The notes beneath the pieces were generated by a model. That model saw only the letters and a list, made by a program, of their open reading frames with translations, had not been told where the DNA came from and made no database searches. This document shows, in pieces, positions 42,815 to 56,805 of a stretch of 64,000 bases of DNA. Both the position numbers and the translations under genes were made by a program. Origin of the DNA: Coraliomargarita sp. (lineage in GTDB: Bacteria; Verrucomicrobiota; Verrucomicrobiia; Opitutales; Coraliomargaritaceae); contig OZ244160.1 of the NCBI GenBank assembly GCA_965216325.1, positions 1,152,001 through 1,216,000 on the forward strand, given 5' to 3'. Position 1 is the first letter of the stretch, and each line of letters begins with the position of its first letter.

Positions 42815-44644
42815 TTGCCTCGTATTAGCCAGCGCACTATCGACACGATAAAGCAACAAGTAAACCTTGTTGATGTCGTCTCGCCCTACGTCCAACTCAA
42901 ACGAGCCGGGCGCTCATTCAAGGGCCTCAGTCCGTTCACGCAGGAGAAAACGCCCTCCTTCTACGTCCACCCCGACCGTGGCTTTTACAAGTGCTTCAGC
43001 ACAGGAGAAGGCGGCGATTGCTTTACCTTCGTGATGAAGATGGAGCATCTGGAATTTTACGAGGCGATCGAATTCCTCGCAAAGAAGTTTAATATTACAC
43101 TCGAATACGAGGAAGGCGGCCCATCGCGCGAGGAAATGTCCCTGCGCAAACAATTGTTTGAACTTCACGAGTTAGCCACTGCATGGTTCCACCATCAGTT
43201 CATGAAGGGCGATGAGGCTGCACCGGTGCGCGACTATTGGCAGCAGGATCGTGGTTTTGACATGGAGACCGCTGAAGAGGTCAAGATTGGCTACGCTCCA
43301 GCCTCAGTGAATGCCTTCGCCCAACTCTGCCAAAAGCGCAATATCTCAGTGGCAGCGATGCAGCAATCGGGACTATTCTTTGCTCGTGAAAATGAGCGTG
43401 ACTACAGTCGATTCAAATCGCGCTTCCGTGGCCGTTTGATGATTCCAATCCGAGATGTGCAAGGTCGAGTGGTTGCGTTCACTGCACGACAACTTCCCCA
43501 GACGCCGCAGGATGATCCCGCCCGCGAAGCAAAATACGTCAACTCGCCCGAGACCTCGATTTTCCACAAGGGACGAATTCTCTTCGGAATGGATCATGCG
43601 CGCACCCACCTAAAGGATAACGACAACTTCCTTTTGGTCGAAGGGCAGCTCGATGCGATCCGCTGCTGGAGCGTCGGCCTCCATACCGCAGTCGCTCCTC
43701 AGGGCACCGCGCTCACCGACGACCAACTTCATCTGATTCGGCGCTACGAGCCCAGCTATGTCGAGTGCCTGCTCGACGGCGACAATGCCGGGCGTAAAGC
43801 CGCGCTAAAATACATACCGATGGCCTTCAAGGCTGGCCTGGAATTCCGTTTCTTGATGCTGCCCGAAAAGGCCGACCCGGATGATTTGCTCCGCCAACAC
43901 GGAGCCGCAGGACTCGATCCTCTTCGCGAGCACACGCGCGAAGCCATTCCACTCGCCCTCGAATCACAACTCCCACAAGGTCGCGCCCCGACTACCAACG
44001 AAAAAACAACCGCACTTCGCAGCATTTTCGAGATCGTGCAACATGTGCCGTCCGAGGTGGCGCGGGAAGATTATATCCAAATCGCAGCACGTATTTTGAA
44101 TGTGGATGCGATGGCGGCCATGCGCGACTTCAAGAAATCTCAAAACACACAGCGGCGACCAGTTCAAAAACAAACGGCCAAGGCGCCGCAAGCCTCTAAA
44201 GACCCGCTATTGACACAGGCCACATGGGAACTACTTTGGCTCCTTTTACACTTCCCCGAATACGGGCAACGCATCGCAGAAACACTTGATTACGAATGGA
44301 TTAGCTCAAAAACACCCGCAGGTCAACTACTTGCGCGCCTGATCGCAGAATATCGAGAAGGCATGGTAGATGAGACGACAAACATCGAAACACTGATTGA
44401 AAGCATCGAAGATCGCCAACTTCTGGCTGAAATACATACCCGAGATTTAAGTATCGAAAATCCTAAAGCCGAGATCGCGAACTGTCTGAAAACGCTTTAC
44501 CGTAACTATTTAAATAATCGCAAAAAAGAACTGGAACTAAAAATCGCCAATACCGACTCCAAGGCACCCGAGCAAATCGAGCTCATGCGCGAACGAAAAT
44601 CGATTAAAGAGCAATTGGCCAATTACACATCCATCAAACTCTAG
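42815..44644 (+). CDS. dnaG: DNA primase
   Basis: [13 protein letters not shown] (Zn-ligand-reduced ZBD), [37 protein letters not shown] start. Confidence 0.96.
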   Translation: MPRISQRTIDTIKQQVNLVDVVSPYVQLKRAGRSFKGLSPFTQEKTPSFYVHPDRGFYKCFSTGEGGDCFTFVMKMEHLEFYEAIEFLAKKFNITLEYEEGGPSREEMSLRKQLFELHELATAWFHHQFMKGDEAAPVRDYWQQDRGFDMETAEEVKIGYAPASVNAFAQLCQKRNISVAAMQQSGLFFARENERDYSRFKSRFRGRLMIPIRDVQGRVVAFTARQLPQTPQDDPAREAKYVNSPETSIFHKGRILFGMDHARTHLKDNDNFLLVEGQLDAIRCWSVGLHTAVAPQGTALTDDQLHLIRRYEPSYVECLLDGDNAGRKAALKYIPMAFKAGLEFRFLMLPEKADPDDLLRQHGAAGLDPLREHTREAIPLALESQLPQGRAPTTNEKTTALRSIFEIVQHVPSEVAREDYIQIAARILNVDAMAAMRDFKKSQNTQRRPVQKQTAKAPQASKDPLLTQATWELLWLLLHFPEYGQRIAETLDYEWISSKTPAGQLLARLIAEYREGMVDETTNIETLIESIEDRQLLAEIHTRDLSIENPKAEIANCLKTLYRNYLNNRKKELELKIANTDSKAPEQIELMRERKSIKEQLANYTSIKL

Positions 44645-44679
44645 TTCATTCACACTCTCACATACGCTCCACACACACT

Positions 44680-46716
44680 ATGGCCGCAGCGAAAAAGAAA
44701 TCCGCAACGAAAACCGCTAAAAAGACTGCAACGAAAAAAGCAGCCACAAAAAAGAAGGTAGCTACCAAGAAGGTCGCTGCGAAAAAGAAGGTCGTTACTA
44801 AGAAGGTCGTTACTAAGAAGGTCGCTGCGAAAAAGAAGGTCGCTACCAAGAAGGTCGCTGCGAAAAAGAAGGTCGTTACCAAGAAGGTCGCTACCAAGAA
44901 GGTCGCTGCGAAAAAGAAAACAGCCACAAAGAAGGCCACAAAGAAAGTCGCTGCTGCAGAGGTCGAGGACGTCGCAACTGAAGAAGCAATTGAGCAGCCC
45001 AAGCCACGCAAGCGTCGCCTATCGGCTAAGGCACAGGAAAAGCTTAACGAGAAGATTCGCGGCCTGATCCGCATGTCCAAGGAACAAGGTTTCCTTACCT
45101 ACAAGGACATCAACAAGGGCCTACCGGAAAGCGTCAACAATCCGGACGAAATTGAAAATGTCATCTCGATTCTCCAGAACCTGGAAATCGAAGTTCTGGA
45201 TGACAATCAGGTGGAGGCATTCAAAGCCCGCCAAGAAGAAACCGAAGAAAAGGAAGTTCGCACTTCGCAGAATGACATTCTGGACGACCCCGTCCGCATG
45301 TATCTCAAGCAAATGGGCCAAGTGCCTTTGCTGACTCGCGAGGAGGAAGTCGCCATTTCCAAGCGTATCGAAAAGGCGGAGCTCCGCGCACAGGACGCGC
45401 TGTTCTCTACAGCACTGACTCTGGAGTTCCAAAACAACGTCGTGCAAAAACTCCTCAACCGCGAGGAGCGCTTCGATCGCGTCGTGCTGGACAAGAAGAT
45501 TGAAAGCCGTGAAGCTTATTTCAATAGCCTGCCCAAGCTACTAGAAGAGGCTCACAAGCTCGGCGACCGCATTTATGCTGCTTGGGACAGTAAGGAAGAT
45601 GCAGCAGCAGCAGGCAACGAGACCAATGCCAAGCGTTCGCGTACTCGCATGAAGAAGTATGAGGCCGAGCTGAGCAAGGTCCTCAAGAAATACTGCCTCA
45701 AGCTGAAGATCTTCGAAGACTTCCTTAAGGACCTCGTTCCAACCTACCGCGAGCTCAAGGACCTTTACGAAGACTTGGAAGCCGCGGACAAGGTAACCAC
45801 TCGCCGTCGCAAGAAGGTCAACGTTCCCGCGATCGAACAACGTCTCGAGGAGATCAAGGTTGAGTTTAAAATCGAAGCCAGCGAGCTACTGGAGATCATC
45901 CGCGAAGTTCGCATCGGCATGCGCGAGGCACACAAGGCTAAGACCGAGATGGTTGAAGCGAACCTCCGTCTGGTGATCTCCATCGCGAAGAAATATACCA
46001 ATCGTGGCCTCTCCTTCCTCGACCTGATTCAGGAAGGTAACATGGGCCTCATGAAGGCGGTTGAGAAGTTCGAATACCGCCGTGGTTATAAGTTCTCAAC
46101 TTATGCAACTTGGTGGATTCGTCAGGCGATCACGCGTTCCATCGCCGACCAAGCGCGCACCATTCGTATTCCGGTCCACATGATCGAGACCTTGAACAAG
46201 GTCATGCAGATCCAAAAGCAACTCCTCCAGGAACTCGGCCACGAACCAACGGCTGAGGAGGTTGCTGACGAAATGAACCTGCCGATCGAGCGCGTCCAGT
46301 CCATCATGAAGATGGCGCAACAGCCGATCTCGCTGCAGAGTCCGGTTGGCGACTCCGATGATACCAACTTCGGTGACTTCATTGAGGACAAAGGTGCGGA
46401 AAACCCTTACGACATGACCGCATACAGCTTACTGCGTGAGAAAATCACCGACGTTCTCGACTCGCTGACCGAGCGCGAGCGCCGTGTGCTCTCTTTGCGC
46501 TTCGGTCTTGCCGACGGCTACTCTCGCACCCTTGAAGAAGTGGGCCGTCAGTTCAAGGTGACACGTGAGCGTATTCGTCAGATTGAGGCGAAGGCCCTCC
46601 GTAAGATGCGACACCCTACCCGTATCCGCCAGCTTCATGGCTTCTTCGAAGGTGATATCAACCTCGACAAGCCAGGTATGGACAGCCTCAAGCGTGAGAT
46701 GTCCAAAGAGAAGTAA
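44680..46716 (+). CDS. rpoD: Primary sigma factor RpoD with N-terminal Lys/Ala/Thr/Val repeat extension
   Basis: [47 protein letters not shown]...TRERIRQIE; follows dnaG. Confidence 0.97.
   Translation: MAAAKKKSATKTAKKTATKKAATKKKVATKKVAAKKKVVTKKVVTKKVAAKKKVATKKVAAKKKVVTKKVATKKVAAKKKTATKKATKKVAAAEVEDVATEEAIEQPKPRKRRLSAKAQEKLNEKIRGLIRMSKEQGFLTYKDINKGLPESVNNPDEIENVISILQNLEIEVLDDNQVEAFKARQEETEEKEVRTSQNDILDDPVRMYLKQMGQVPLLTREEEVAISKRIEKAELRAQDALFSTALTLEFQNNVVQKLLNREERFDRVVLDKKIESREAYFNSLPKLLEEAHKLGDRIYAAWDSKEDAAAAGNETNAKRSRTRMKKYEAELSKVLKKYCLKLKIFEDFLKDLVPTYRELKDLYEDLEAADKVTTRRRKKVNVPAIEQRLEEIKVEFKIEASELLEIIREVRIGMREAHKAKTEMVEANLRLVISIAKKYTNRGLSFLDLIQEGNMGLMKAVEKFEYRRGYKFSTYATWWIRQAITRSIADQARTIRIPVHMIETLNKVMQIQKQLLQELGHEPTAEEVADEMNLPIERVQSIMKMAQQPISLQSPVGDSDDTNFGDFIEDKGAENPYDMTAYSLLREKITDVLDSLTERERRVLSLRFGLADGYSRTLEEVGRQFKVTRERIRQIEAKALRKMRHPTRIRQLHGFFEGDINLDKPGMDSLKREMSKEK
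44752..44916 (+). repeat. Coding tandem repeat of 15/18-bp units ([16 protein letters not shown])
   Basis: Near-identical units aagaaggtcgctacc / aagaaggtcgttact / aagaaggtcgctgcgaaa. Confidence 0.95.
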
Positions 46717-46736
46717 TCAATTTAGCATAGTCACTC

Positions 46737-47141
46737 ATGTCCCTCACAAAATACACATTCACATTGGCTGCGTGCGCCGTAACCTTACTTTTTGCAGGTT
46801 GCGGTAGTTCAGAGGTCGTCTTTGAAAAAGGAGAACCTGGTCAAGTCACTCAAACAGGCAATTATGCGGTAACCGCTAACACGCCTCACATCGTGCATGT
46901 AGACCTGGTCGAGCGCGTTGCGACACTACGTAATGGTAACGAGCTAAAGGACGGTTTCCTCATTGCGATGGATGCCGGCGGTAAACAAACATCCGTTTTG
47001 AAGGCTCTCCCGATACGTAACGCAAGTGCTCTTCGCACAGCTGATGTCCTCGAAGGCAAGCCACAGATTAATAATTCGGTTCGACCTGCCGACTCCTCCG
47101 AAGCACGCGACTTAGCTAAAATCTATCACGACGCAGAATAA
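46737..47141 (+). CDS. Hypothetical lipoprotein
   Basis: Lipobox LFAGC. Confidence 0.7.
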   Translation: MSLTKYTFTLAACAVTLLFAGCGSSEVVFEKGEPGQVTQTGNYAVTANTPHIVHVDLVERVATLRNGNELKDGFLIAMDAGGKQTSVLKALPIRNASALRTADVLEGKPQINNSVRPADSSEARDLAKIYHDAE

Positions 47142-47164
47142 TTACAAATTCAACCAATCCAATA

Positions 47165-47470
47165 ATGACTCCACTCGCAATTCTTCAGAATCTCAATACC
47201 CCTGAGATCATTCTTATTTTCCTTGTGGTCTTGTTGCTCTTCGGAGCCAAGCGCCTCCCGGACCTGTTCCGCTCCTTCGGTAAGTCCATTCGTGAGTTCA
47301 AAAAGGCCACCAGCGAGATCGAAGACGATATTCGCACCGCAATGGACGAGGAACCAACCAAGCCAGCTCCTAAGGTGGAAACGGCGGCCACCACACCCGC
47401 AGCGCCTGCAGCTCCATCGGCTCAGGCGACCGAAGTCGTTGAAGACGAGCCCAAGCAAGACAAGGCCTAA
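47165..47470 (+). CDS. tatA: Twin-arginine translocase TatA/E subunit
   Basis: EIILIFLVVLLLFGAKRLPDLFRSFGKSIREFKKA. Confidence 0.93.
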   Translation: MTPLAILQNLNTPEIILIFLVVLLLFGAKRLPDLFRSFGKSIREFKKATSEIEDDIRTAMDEEPTKPAPKVETAATTPAAPAAPSAQATEVVEDEPKQDKA

Positions 47471-47492
47471 GCCGCAGTCTATCATTTTGACC

Positions 47493-47522
47493 AAGCCCTC
47501 AGCGCATGTTGAGGGCTTTTTT
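47493..47522 (+). terminator. Rho-independent terminator
   Basis: aagccctcagc-gcat-gttgagggc followed by T6. Confidence 0.88.
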
Positions 47523-47632
47523 GTGCCCAAAATCACCGCAGAACAATTTTGAGATTGGAGTCCGAAGCTCACACCTCTTTCATCCGATTTAGTTACCTCC
47601 CACTTTTTACTTTCCCACTTTTATACCACTCA

Positions 47633-49483
<1,851 letters not shown>

Positions 49484-49493
49484 ACGATTCAAC

Positions 49494-50678
49494 ATGACAC
49501 AAATCGGCACTCCCTTCACGTCAACTGCAACTAAAGTGCTGCTGTGCGGCTCTGGCGAACTCGGCAAAGAGGTCGCCATCGAACTGCAGCGCTACGGCGT
49601 TGAGGTGATTGCGCTGGATGCTTACGAGAACGCCCCTGCGATGCAGGTTGCGGACCGCAGCCATGTGGTCTCAATGCTCGATGGAGCTGCGCTGCGTGCA
49701 GTCATTGAACAGGAGCAACCGGATCTCGTGGTGCCAGAGGTCGAGGCCATCGCAACCGACACGCTAGCCGCATTGGAAGCGGAGGGACTCACAAGGATCG
49801 TGCCGACCGCTAAAGCGACACAGCTGACAATGAACCGGGAAGGTATCCGGAGATTGGCTGCCGAGGAACTTGGTCTACTCACCTCACCCTATCAATTCGC
49901 AGATACCTTCGAAGACTACAAAGCGGCCATCGAGGCGATCGGAACACCGTGCGTAATCAAGCCAATCATGAGTTCCTCGGGAAAGGGACAAAGCGTGGTC
50001 AAAAACGATGCCGATATCGAAGCCTCCTGGAACTACGCCCAAGAAGGCGGTCGTGCGGGAAAAGGCAAAGTGATCATCGAAGGCTTCGTCTCGTTTGACT
50101 ACGAGATTACCTTGCTGACCGTGCGTCATCGAGACGGCACCAGCTTCTGCGATCCAATTGGCCACATCCAAGTGGATGGCGACTATCGCGAATCCTGGCA
50201 ACCACAGGTTATGAGTGAAACGGCACTGAAGAATGCGCAGCACATCGCACGCTCGGTGACCAATGCGCTCGGCGGCTACGGCATCTTCGGCGTCGAATTG
50301 TTTGTTAAGGGTGATCTGGTTTACTTCAGTGAAGTGTCCCCGCGTCCACACGATACCGGGATGGTCACCATGATTTCACAGGACATCTCTCAATTTGCGC
50401 TACATGCACGCGCCATTCTAGGCCTGCCGATTCCAAACATCCAGCAGAACGGACCAAGCGCGTCATCGGTCATTCTGGTTGAAGGTGACTCCGAATCCGT
50501 AAGCTACAGTCATCTCGATAAAGCACTGAGTGAACCAAACACCCAACTACGTTTGTTTGGAAAACCTGAAGTGCACGGCAAGCGCCGCATGGGAGTTGCG
50601 CTCGCGCGTGACGAATCGATCGACGATGCGCGCTCAAAAGCCTGCCGGGCAAGTGCCGCGGTGAAGGTAGCACTGTAG
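49494..50678 (+). CDS. purT: Formate-dependent phosphoribosylglycinamide formyltransferase
   Basis: [35 protein letters not shown]...RRMGV. Confidence 0.97.
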   Translation: MTQIGTPFTSTATKVLLCGSGELGKEVAIELQRYGVEVIALDAYENAPAMQVADRSHVVSMLDGAALRAVIEQEQPDLVVPEVEAIATDTLAALEAEGLTRIVPTAKATQLTMNREGIRRLAAEELGLLTSPYQFADTFEDYKAAIEAIGTPCVIKPIMSSSGKGQSVVKNDADIEASWNYAQEGGRAGKGKVIIEGFVSFDYEITLLTVRHRDGTSFCDPIGHIQVDGDYRESWQPQVMSETALKNAQHIARSVTNALGGYGIFGVELFVKGDLVYFSEVSPRPHDTGMVTMISQDISQFALHARAILGLPIPNIQQNGPSASSVILVEGDSESVSYSHLDKALSEPNTQLRLFGKPEVHGKRRMGVALARDESIDDARSKACRASAAVKVAL

Positions 50679-50817
50679 GGCTCTGCCAGTAGAGTTATGG
50701 TAGGCCGTCTCGCGGAGGCGCCCGATGATGCGACTTACAGCATTCCAAGCAGACAGTGCGCTTCACAAGTATCACGGACGAACGGCTGGCTCAGCGAGAA
50801 AGCACCTAGCCCTTACC
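50675..50817. repeat. Degenerate GTAG-type REP cluster
   Basis: GTAG-GGCTCTGC..GTAGAGTT at the purT stop, GGTAGG-CCGTCTC-gcg-GAGGCG at 50699, and an inverted degenerate copy near 50783-50808. Confidence 0.45.
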
Positions 50818-51045
50818 CCGCTGGAGGGAGCCAACCAGCGTCGAACCATCGAGTTGTCTTTCTTGCTCAATGCCGCGTTGATCTTCGTGCGCTGAACAGA
50901 GTTCAGGGACAGCTTTTTATAAGGCGAAAACGACAGATGCCGTTTTTAATCACTTGCACGCGCCAGCCGATAGTCCTGCTCAATGAAATGGTTTTCATGC
51001 TCATACAGACTATGAGCACCTTCACGGTCGACTATTCCAAATCGA

Positions 51046-52044
51046 TTAGCTGATTTGGGTGACTGCCCAAGGAATGGATTCACCGGCACGGTATGGAACC
51101 ACATCGCCATAGCGCTCCGGAACAACCATCCCTGTCTTTTCAAGCTTCACGGTTTTAGCGGACGGAGTGAAACCGTGAATACGCTGAGCGTTGTCACTGA
51201 CAAAGGCCTGCAGGTTATCCAAAGCACCATGATCTTCGAAAAGCTCGACCAAGGTGGGCAAGATCACTGGAGCTGTAAACAAGCCAGCTGCGCATCCACA
51301 GCATTCCTTTTTCGAAATTGGGTGCGGTGCCGAGTCACTACCAAACATCAGCTTTGGATGCGCCTTTAGTGCGGCACCAAGCAAGGCCTCGCGATCTTCA
51401 GGGCGCTTTGCAATCGGCTTGCAGAATAAATGCGGATTTAACAAGCCACCGGCCACATCATTCAGTGTGATCATCAGGTGGTGCAGCGTCACGGTTGCGT
51501 AGAGGTTTTCAAAACGATCGAGCAAATCCACGGCATGTCGCGTGGTAATATGCTCCATAGTGATCTTCAACTTCGGAAACTTCGTTGCGAGGTGTTCATA
51601 GCTAGCCAGAAACTCCTTCTCGCGATCCATAACAAATCCATGCGTTTCGCCGTGAATCATGAGTGGGATCCCCATCTCTTCCATCAGCGCGAAGGTGCCT
51701 TCAACCTCATCGAGTGCCTTGACGCCTGCCTCGCTATTCGTCGTCGCACCGGCCGGATACAACTTTATGCCGAAAATGTGATCCTTCGCCGCAGCAAGCT
51801 CCGCCTCGGTGTAATTGCGGAAGAACAACATCATCAGCGGATCGAAGACATGATCTCCTTTGGCCGCATCAATTCCTGCACGATACTCAAGCAGGCGCTC
51901 AAGATTGTCCACTGGTGGAACCAGATTCGGCATGATGATGGCACCCGAAAAGTGCTCCGATGAAAGCGGCGTGACGCGCTCCATCATTGCCCCCTCGCGG
52001 AGGTGTAAGTGCATGTCGAGTGGTGATTCGATCGTAAATTCCAT
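51046..52044 (-). CDS. pyrC: Dihydroorotase (small, E. coli-type)
   Basis: [35 protein letters not shown]. Confidence 0.96.
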   Translation of the reverse strand: MEFTIESPLDMHLHLREGAMMERVTPLSSEHFSGAIIMPNLVPPVDNLERLLEYRAGIDAAKGDHVFDPLMMLFFRNYTEAELAAAKDHIFGIKLYPAGATTNSEAGVKALDEVEGTFALMEEMGIPLMIHGETHGFVMDREKEFLASYEHLATKFPKLKITMEHITTRHAVDLLDRFENLYATVTLHHLMITLNDVAGGLLNPHLFCKPIAKRPEDREALLGAALKAHPKLMFGSDSAPHPISKKECCGCAAGLFTAPVILPTLVELFEDHGALDNLQAFVSDNAQRIHGFTPSAKTVKLEKTGMVVPERYGDVVPYRAGESIPWAVTQIS

Positions 52045-52087
52045 GCGCCGAACCTACGCAGTGCGCGCTGCCTGCAAAGCGAAAAAG

Positions 52088-52687
52088 CTAGAATTCCAAT
52101 TCACTCACCACTTCGCGCAACCATTTAACCGCCTGTGCGCGGTGACTAATCGCGCTTTTGGTCGCTTCGCCCAGTTGACCAAAGGTCTCCGAATGCCCCT
52201 CCGGAATAAAAGCCGGATCATAGCCAAAGCCCTCAGTGCCCTGCGCTTGTGTGTCCATACGCCCTTCACAAGTGCCATCGTAGTGGGTAATAAAGCCCTC
52301 AGGATCAATCAGGCAGAGCACGCAACGAAAACGTGCGCCTCGTTGGCCTTCAGGCACGTCTTTGATGACCTCGAGGAGCTTTTTCAGATTATCTCCATCA
52401 CTCGCATCCTCGCCCGCATAGCGCGCCGAATAGATGCCCGGCGCGCCGTCCAGCGCATCGACTTGGAGGCCCGAGTCATCCGCGAGCACCCATGCATCGG
52501 CAGGTGCCACCTTGCGTAGAGCTTCCGCCTTAAGCTGTGCATTTGCGGCGAAAGTCTCGCCGTCTTCGACGACATGTGGCATGCCGCCACAGACCTTGGC
52601 CGAGCACACCTCAAATCCGAGTCCGTCTAGCAATGATTCAAATTCCTCAACTTTGTGTGCGTTGCCGCTGGCGATAATCAGTTTCAT
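52088..52687 (-). CDS. rdgB: Non-canonical purine NTP pyrophosphatase
   Basis: [32 protein letters not shown]. Confidence 0.96.
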   Translation of the reverse strand: MKLIIASGNAHKVEEFESLLDGLGFEVCSAKVCGGMPHVVEDGETFAANAQLKAEALRKVAPADAWVLADDSGLQVDALDGAPGIYSARYAGEDASDGDNLKKLLEVIKDVPEGQRGARFRCVLCLIDPEGFITHYDGTCEGRMDTQAQGTEGFGYDPAFIPEGHSETFGQLGEATKSAISHRAQAVKWLREVVSELEF

Positions 52688-52698
52688 AGAGATTGAGT

Positions 52699-53808
52699 TT
52701 ATTTCAAAAATCCACGGACGAGATGGTCCGGTCCAAAATTGGCGTGGTGCACCTGTTTCAATTGAATAGCCGCGTCCATGTGCTCGGTTTGACGGACTCG
52801 GCCAATCCCTGCCGCTTGAGCGTCACTCATGTACTTGGGTGCAATATAGTGAAACAGGTATTCGATCGCCTGCTCTTCAATCAGCGCACTCGCGAGGCCA
52901 GGCCCTGGCTCAATATAGACCCCGTAGATATTCTCTGCTGCGCAGCGATCACGGAACGCGACCAAATCAATGTGGCCGTTGCACTCTGGTAATTGCCAGC
53001 AAGTAATCTCGGCGTTATCGAAAGCTGAAGTATCCACATTCTCGCTACAGACGACAACGGTCTGCTCTGAATACTTGTCGGTAAATAATTTCAGTTCGCC
53101 GATATGCCGCTGAGTGCGCAAGTCCCGGTCGAAGACGAAGCGCCGTGGGCACCAAATTTCTCCAGCCATCCGACTCGTTAAGCTTGGATCATCCGCTAGC
53201 GCAGTGTTGGCGCTCACCGCGATCGAAGGAAAGTAACGTCGCCAGCGCATCACATCCGCTCGTGCAAGTTCACCGGTCACCCACTGCGAATGTCCACTTG
53301 AAGCCGCAAATTTCCCGTCGAGAGTCGTGGCAATTTTGGCAGCAACGAATGGTTTCTGTTGCTGAATCCAATGATTAAAAATCAAATTCAACTCTGCGCA
53401 CTCCTCAGCCAAGACGCCACTGATCACATCGATACCCGCTTCACGTAGGATCTCCAACCCATGCCCGGCATGATCGGAGTTCGGGTCGGTCGCGCCAACG
53501 ACCACACAATGAATACCTGCGCGCTGTATCGCATCCGTGCAGGCTCCAGTGGTTCCGTGCGTGCTGCAGGGCTCAAGCGTTACATACATCGTCGCATCTT
53601 GAGAAGGCTGCCGATTTAACGCCCGTAGCGCCTGAATCTCTGCATGTGCCTCACCAGCCTTATGATGCCAACCTTCAGCCACGACCTCCCCCTGCTCCAC
53701 AATCACTGCACCAACCATCGGATTTGGATGCGTGTGTCCCCATGCGCGCCTCGCTAGTTCGAGCGCATGCGCCATGTAAGGCTCGTGGCTGCTGAGATCT
53801 GTAATCAT
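52699..53808 (-). CDS. ribD: Riboflavin biosynthesis deaminase/reductase
   Basis: PNPMVG, HAE, TLEPC...C, KIATTLDG. Confidence 0.95.
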   Translation of the reverse strand: MITDLSSHEPYMAHALELARRAWGHTHPNPMVGAVIVEQGEVVAEGWHHKAGEAHAEIQALRALNRQPSQDATMYVTLEPCSTHGTTGACTDAIQRAGIHCVVVGATDPNSDHAGHGLEILREAGIDVISGVLAEECAELNLIFNHWIQQQKPFVAAKIATTLDGKFAASSGHSQWVTGELARADVMRWRRYFPSIAVSANTALADDPSLTSRMAGEIWCPRRFVFDRDLRTQRHIGELKLFTDKYSEQTVVVCSENVDTSAFDNAEITCWQLPECNGHIDLVAFRDRCAAENIYGVYIEPGPGLASALIEEQAIEYLFHYIAPKYMSDAQAAGIGRVRQTEHMDAAIQLKQVHHANFGPDHLVRGFLK

Positions 53809-53814
53809 GAAAGT

Positions 53815-54447
53815 CTATCCTCGAACAAATGGATTAGTCGCCTTTTCACGAGCGACCGTTGTCGTTGGCCCATGGCCCGGATAAATGGTTGTTTCTTCGG
53901 GGAGCGTGTAGACTTGGGTCTTAATTGAGTGCTCCAGAATATTAACGTCGCCTCCTGGCAGGTCGTAGCGCCCAACGCTGCCTGCAAAAATGACATCACC
54001 GACTACAGTCGCCTGCTCACTCGGCAGATAGACCAGAATGTTTCCAGGGCAATGGCCCGGCACATGTCGAATCTCCATCTCGGTGCCAAGAAGCTCGAGG
54101 GTTTGTCCACTTTGGATCCAATGGTCAATTGGCACCGGTTGCATCTCGAGCCCCGGAATCGCATAACTCGCCATCTTACTCGGAGCCGCAAACATTTCGG
54201 TATCGTTGGCGTGACCGTAAGTCGGGATGCCGGCAGCAGCAAACTTGTGACCGTCCAGAATGTGGTCCCAGTGGCCGTGCGTCAAAATCAGCGCGACGAT
54301 CTTACAGTCGGTCTGTTCGGCAATCTGACAAGCCCAGTCATAGGCCTGCAGCGGTGCGTCGATGATCACACACTCCTTACACTCTGATTCAATCAGCGCG
54401 ATCGCATTGGTTCCAATGGGTGGCAGCTCTTGCGTTACAATTTGCAT
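53815..54447 (-). CDS. MBL-fold metallohydrolase (YcbL/GloC-like)
   Basis: THGHWDH, PGHCPG, GDVIF, PGHG. Confidence 0.9.
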   Translation of the reverse strand: MQIVTQELPPIGTNAIALIESECKECVIIDAPLQAYDWACQIAEQTDCKIVALILTHGHWDHILDGHKFAAAGIPTYGHANDTEMFAAPSKMASYAIPGLEMQPVPIDHWIQSGQTLELLGTEMEIRHVPGHCPGNILVYLPSEQATVVGDVIFAGSVGRYDLPGGDVNILEHSIKTQVYTLPEETTIYPGHGPTTTVAREKATNPFVRG

Positions 54448-54493
54448 GACCGCCACCATGCAGGCTACTTGCACAGTTTCAATAGCGAAGCGG

Positions 54494-55486
54494 TCACTCC
54501 TTGGAAGATGCCAAAAGGCGCTCAGCTGCGCTGTAGACACCAAGGATCACTTTCCCCATTTTGCTGTAATTCAGGCGGTCCCATGTGTCGTCTGCGGTGT
54601 GGTAAGCCTTGTTGCGGTAGAATGCGGTGTCAGTCACCATCACTGCATCATAACCGTGCGGCCAATAATTGCGGTGGTCCGACAAATCAATCCCCGGTAC
54701 TTTTGCAGGACCATTGAGAGAATACACGGGGAGATCCGTTGCCCCCTTCATGCCCAGCTTGACGTTTTTAGTAAACGAGCGCTGCTTCATGTTACCAACC
54801 ACTGCGATGAAATTTCCACGGCTTGGATAAAAGAGTTTAAACATCAGCGCTGGGTAGTCCTGCGAACTTGCTTCATCCGTAAAGTAACCGATCATTTCCA
54901 GCACGACTACCCCCAGCACGGAAACGCCCTCCTCTGCCAGTGACTGTGCATGTATATAACTGCCCATATATTTTGAGCCAAAATAGGGCGGTTCCTCTAA
55001 GGTATAAGCAACTAATTCGACATTCCCAAATCCCGGATTTTTGCCGATCAAGTAAGCCAACTCTATAAGCCCCGCTATACCACTGGCATTGTCGTCGGCT
55101 CCCGGTGTATTGCCACAGCCATCATAGTGGGCTCCAATAATCAGTCGCGGCCCGTCGCGATCGCCAAAGAAGCAGCGCAAATTCTGATAATAGTCCCCTT
55201 TTGAAACCTCATACTCTTGTAATTCCGTCACACCACCCGCTCGCTCAAAATGGTGCTTCATATATGCGACAGTCGCAGCGAGATTGTGTGTGTCTCGTAA
55301 ACTTCGGGGATGAAATTCCTCTGACAGCCGACGAACCGTCGTTTGCATTCGCTCATAATTGACCACTTCAGTCGCAGCATCACTGCCACCAAAACTCGGC
55401 TGTGCAATGAAACAACGAATGCCAAAGAGAATCAGACCAACCACAGCAATCACACGAGAGGCGGCGACTAACAACTGCTTGGACAT
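54494..55486 (-). CDS. M28-family peptidase
   Basis: GAHYD, GADDNASG, EEPP, LEMIG, SDH, YHTADD. Confidence 0.88.
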   Translation of the reverse strand: MSKQLLVAASRVIAVVGLILFGIRCFIAQPSFGGSDAATEVVNYERMQTTVRRLSEEFHPRSLRDTHNLAATVAYMKHHFERAGGVTELQEYEVSKGDYYQNLRCFFGDRDGPRLIIGAHYDGCGNTPGADDNASGIAGLIELAYLIGKNPGFGNVELVAYTLEEPPYFGSKYMGSYIHAQSLAEEGVSVLGVVVLEMIGYFTDEASSQDYPALMFKLFYPSRGNFIAVVGNMKQRSFTKNVKLGMKGATDLPVYSLNGPAKVPGIDLSDHRNYWPHGYDAVMVTDTAFYRNKAYHTADDTWDRLNYSKMGKVILGVYSAAERLLASSKE

Positions 55487-55618
55487 GCGGAAAATACATC
55501 AGGATTAAGCCGTTAGCACAACTTCTATCTGCCATTGAACATATGAATGTTACAATTTTAGGGAGCTCTTGCGCTTTTGTATTAAATTCACTGTGCGAAT
55601 GCGCTTTATTACGCACTG

Positions 55619-56782
55619 ATGAAGATTGCTCTGATTACGGCAACATTTCCACCCGAAGTAAATGGTGTGGCAATGACCAACCAACGCCTAATCCGAGGAC
55701 TGATCCAACGAGGTCATTCAGTCTTACTCATTAAACCCCAGCGCAGCGATGCCATTCCCTCAGACGATTCCTCTCTGGGAATCTTTGAAGTCTTGGGCCT
55801 GCCGATCCCTAATTACGCGGGTCTCAAAATTGGGATTCCGATTCCAGGACAACTGAAGCGCCTCTTTCGTGAAGCGAGGCCCGATGTGGTGCACCTTGCC
55901 ACAGAGGGACCGCTCGGCTTTTCCGCTTTACGCAGCGCGCGTAGCCTCGGAATACCAGTAACCTCGACCTTTCACACCAACTTTCAGGATTACTGTGCGG
56001 ATTATGGGGCGGCCTTCCTTGGAGACGCGATGATGGGCTACCTGCGCTGGTTTCATAACGCCTGTGCGCTCACCACGGCCCCCGACCCAAGTTTGATCGA
56101 GCGCCTCAAGGCAAAGGGTGTTGAACGCCTTGAAATGCTCGGTCGCGGGGCCGACACCGAGCTGTTTACTCCGGAGCGACGCAGCGAGGCCTTGCGAGCC
56201 AGTTGGGGGGCCGATGACGACACGCCCGTTGCTATCTACGTGGGGCGGGCAGCGGCCGAGAAAGACATCCCGCTCGCGCTTGAAGCGTGGAAGAAAGCCT
56301 GCAATTATCAACCGAACTTAAAAATGGTCGTCATTGGCGATGGCCCGGTGCGCAAGAAACTCGAGAAAAAGTGGCCAGAGGTTCATTTTGCGGGCATGCG
56401 CTACGATATTGATTTAGCGACGCACTATGCATCCGCGGACTTTTTCATTTTTGGCAGCACCAGCGAAACATTTGGTAATGTAGTGGTTGAAGCAATGAGC
56501 AGCGGCTTGGTTGCGCTCACCTACCATTATGCGGCCGGGAAACAGTTTATTAAACATGGGGTGAACGGCTATTTAGCACCACTTGACGATGCTGAAGCCT
56601 TTAAGGAGCTGACCTGTAAGATTATTAGGAACACTGATATTTGGCCTGGTGTCAGACAGGCGGCACGGGCGACTGCAGAATCCTACCCATGGAATCGCAC
56701 AATCGATCGCTTCGCTGATCTTTTGCAACAGGCGGTGGACATCGGCGCAGAAGATGCTAATATTTCCATTGTCCCCGCTTGA
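55619..56782 (+). CDS. GT4-family glycosyltransferase
   Basis: TFPPEVNGVA, HLATEGPLG, YVGR...EK, ETFGNVVVEAM. Confidence 0.9.
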   Translation: MKIALITATFPPEVNGVAMTNQRLIRGLIQRGHSVLLIKPQRSDAIPSDDSSLGIFEVLGLPIPNYAGLKIGIPIPGQLKRLFREARPDVVHLATEGPLGFSALRSARSLGIPVTSTFHTNFQDYCADYGAAFLGDAMMGYLRWFHNACALTTAPDPSLIERLKAKGVERLEMLGRGADTELFTPERRSEALRASWGADDDTPVAIYVGRAAAEKDIPLALEAWKKACNYQPNLKMVVIGDGPVRKKLEKKWPEVHFAGMRYDIDLATHYASADFFIFGSTSETFGNVVVEAMSSGLVALTYHYAAGKQFIKHGVNGYLAPLDDAEAFKELTCKIIRNTDIWPGVRQAARATAESYPWNRTIDRFADLLQQAVDIGAEDANISIVPA

Positions 56783-56805
56783 TCCGTCCCTATTATAAAT
56801 CGTTC

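Noticed and set aside
44752..44916. Repeat array as possible CRISPR
   Set aside because: No unique spacers, in-frame coding repeat, no cas genes
44658..45080. Minus-strand hydrophobic ORF with FFAATFLV repeats
   Set aside because: Antisense shadow of the RpoD lysine repeat
50820..51045. Short minus-strand frame MSMKTISLSRTIGWRVQVIKNG, faintly like an AP2-domain start, and the 118-aa plus ORF at 50697
   Set aside because: Too short with no convincing continuation; the plus ORF runs through REP-like DNA
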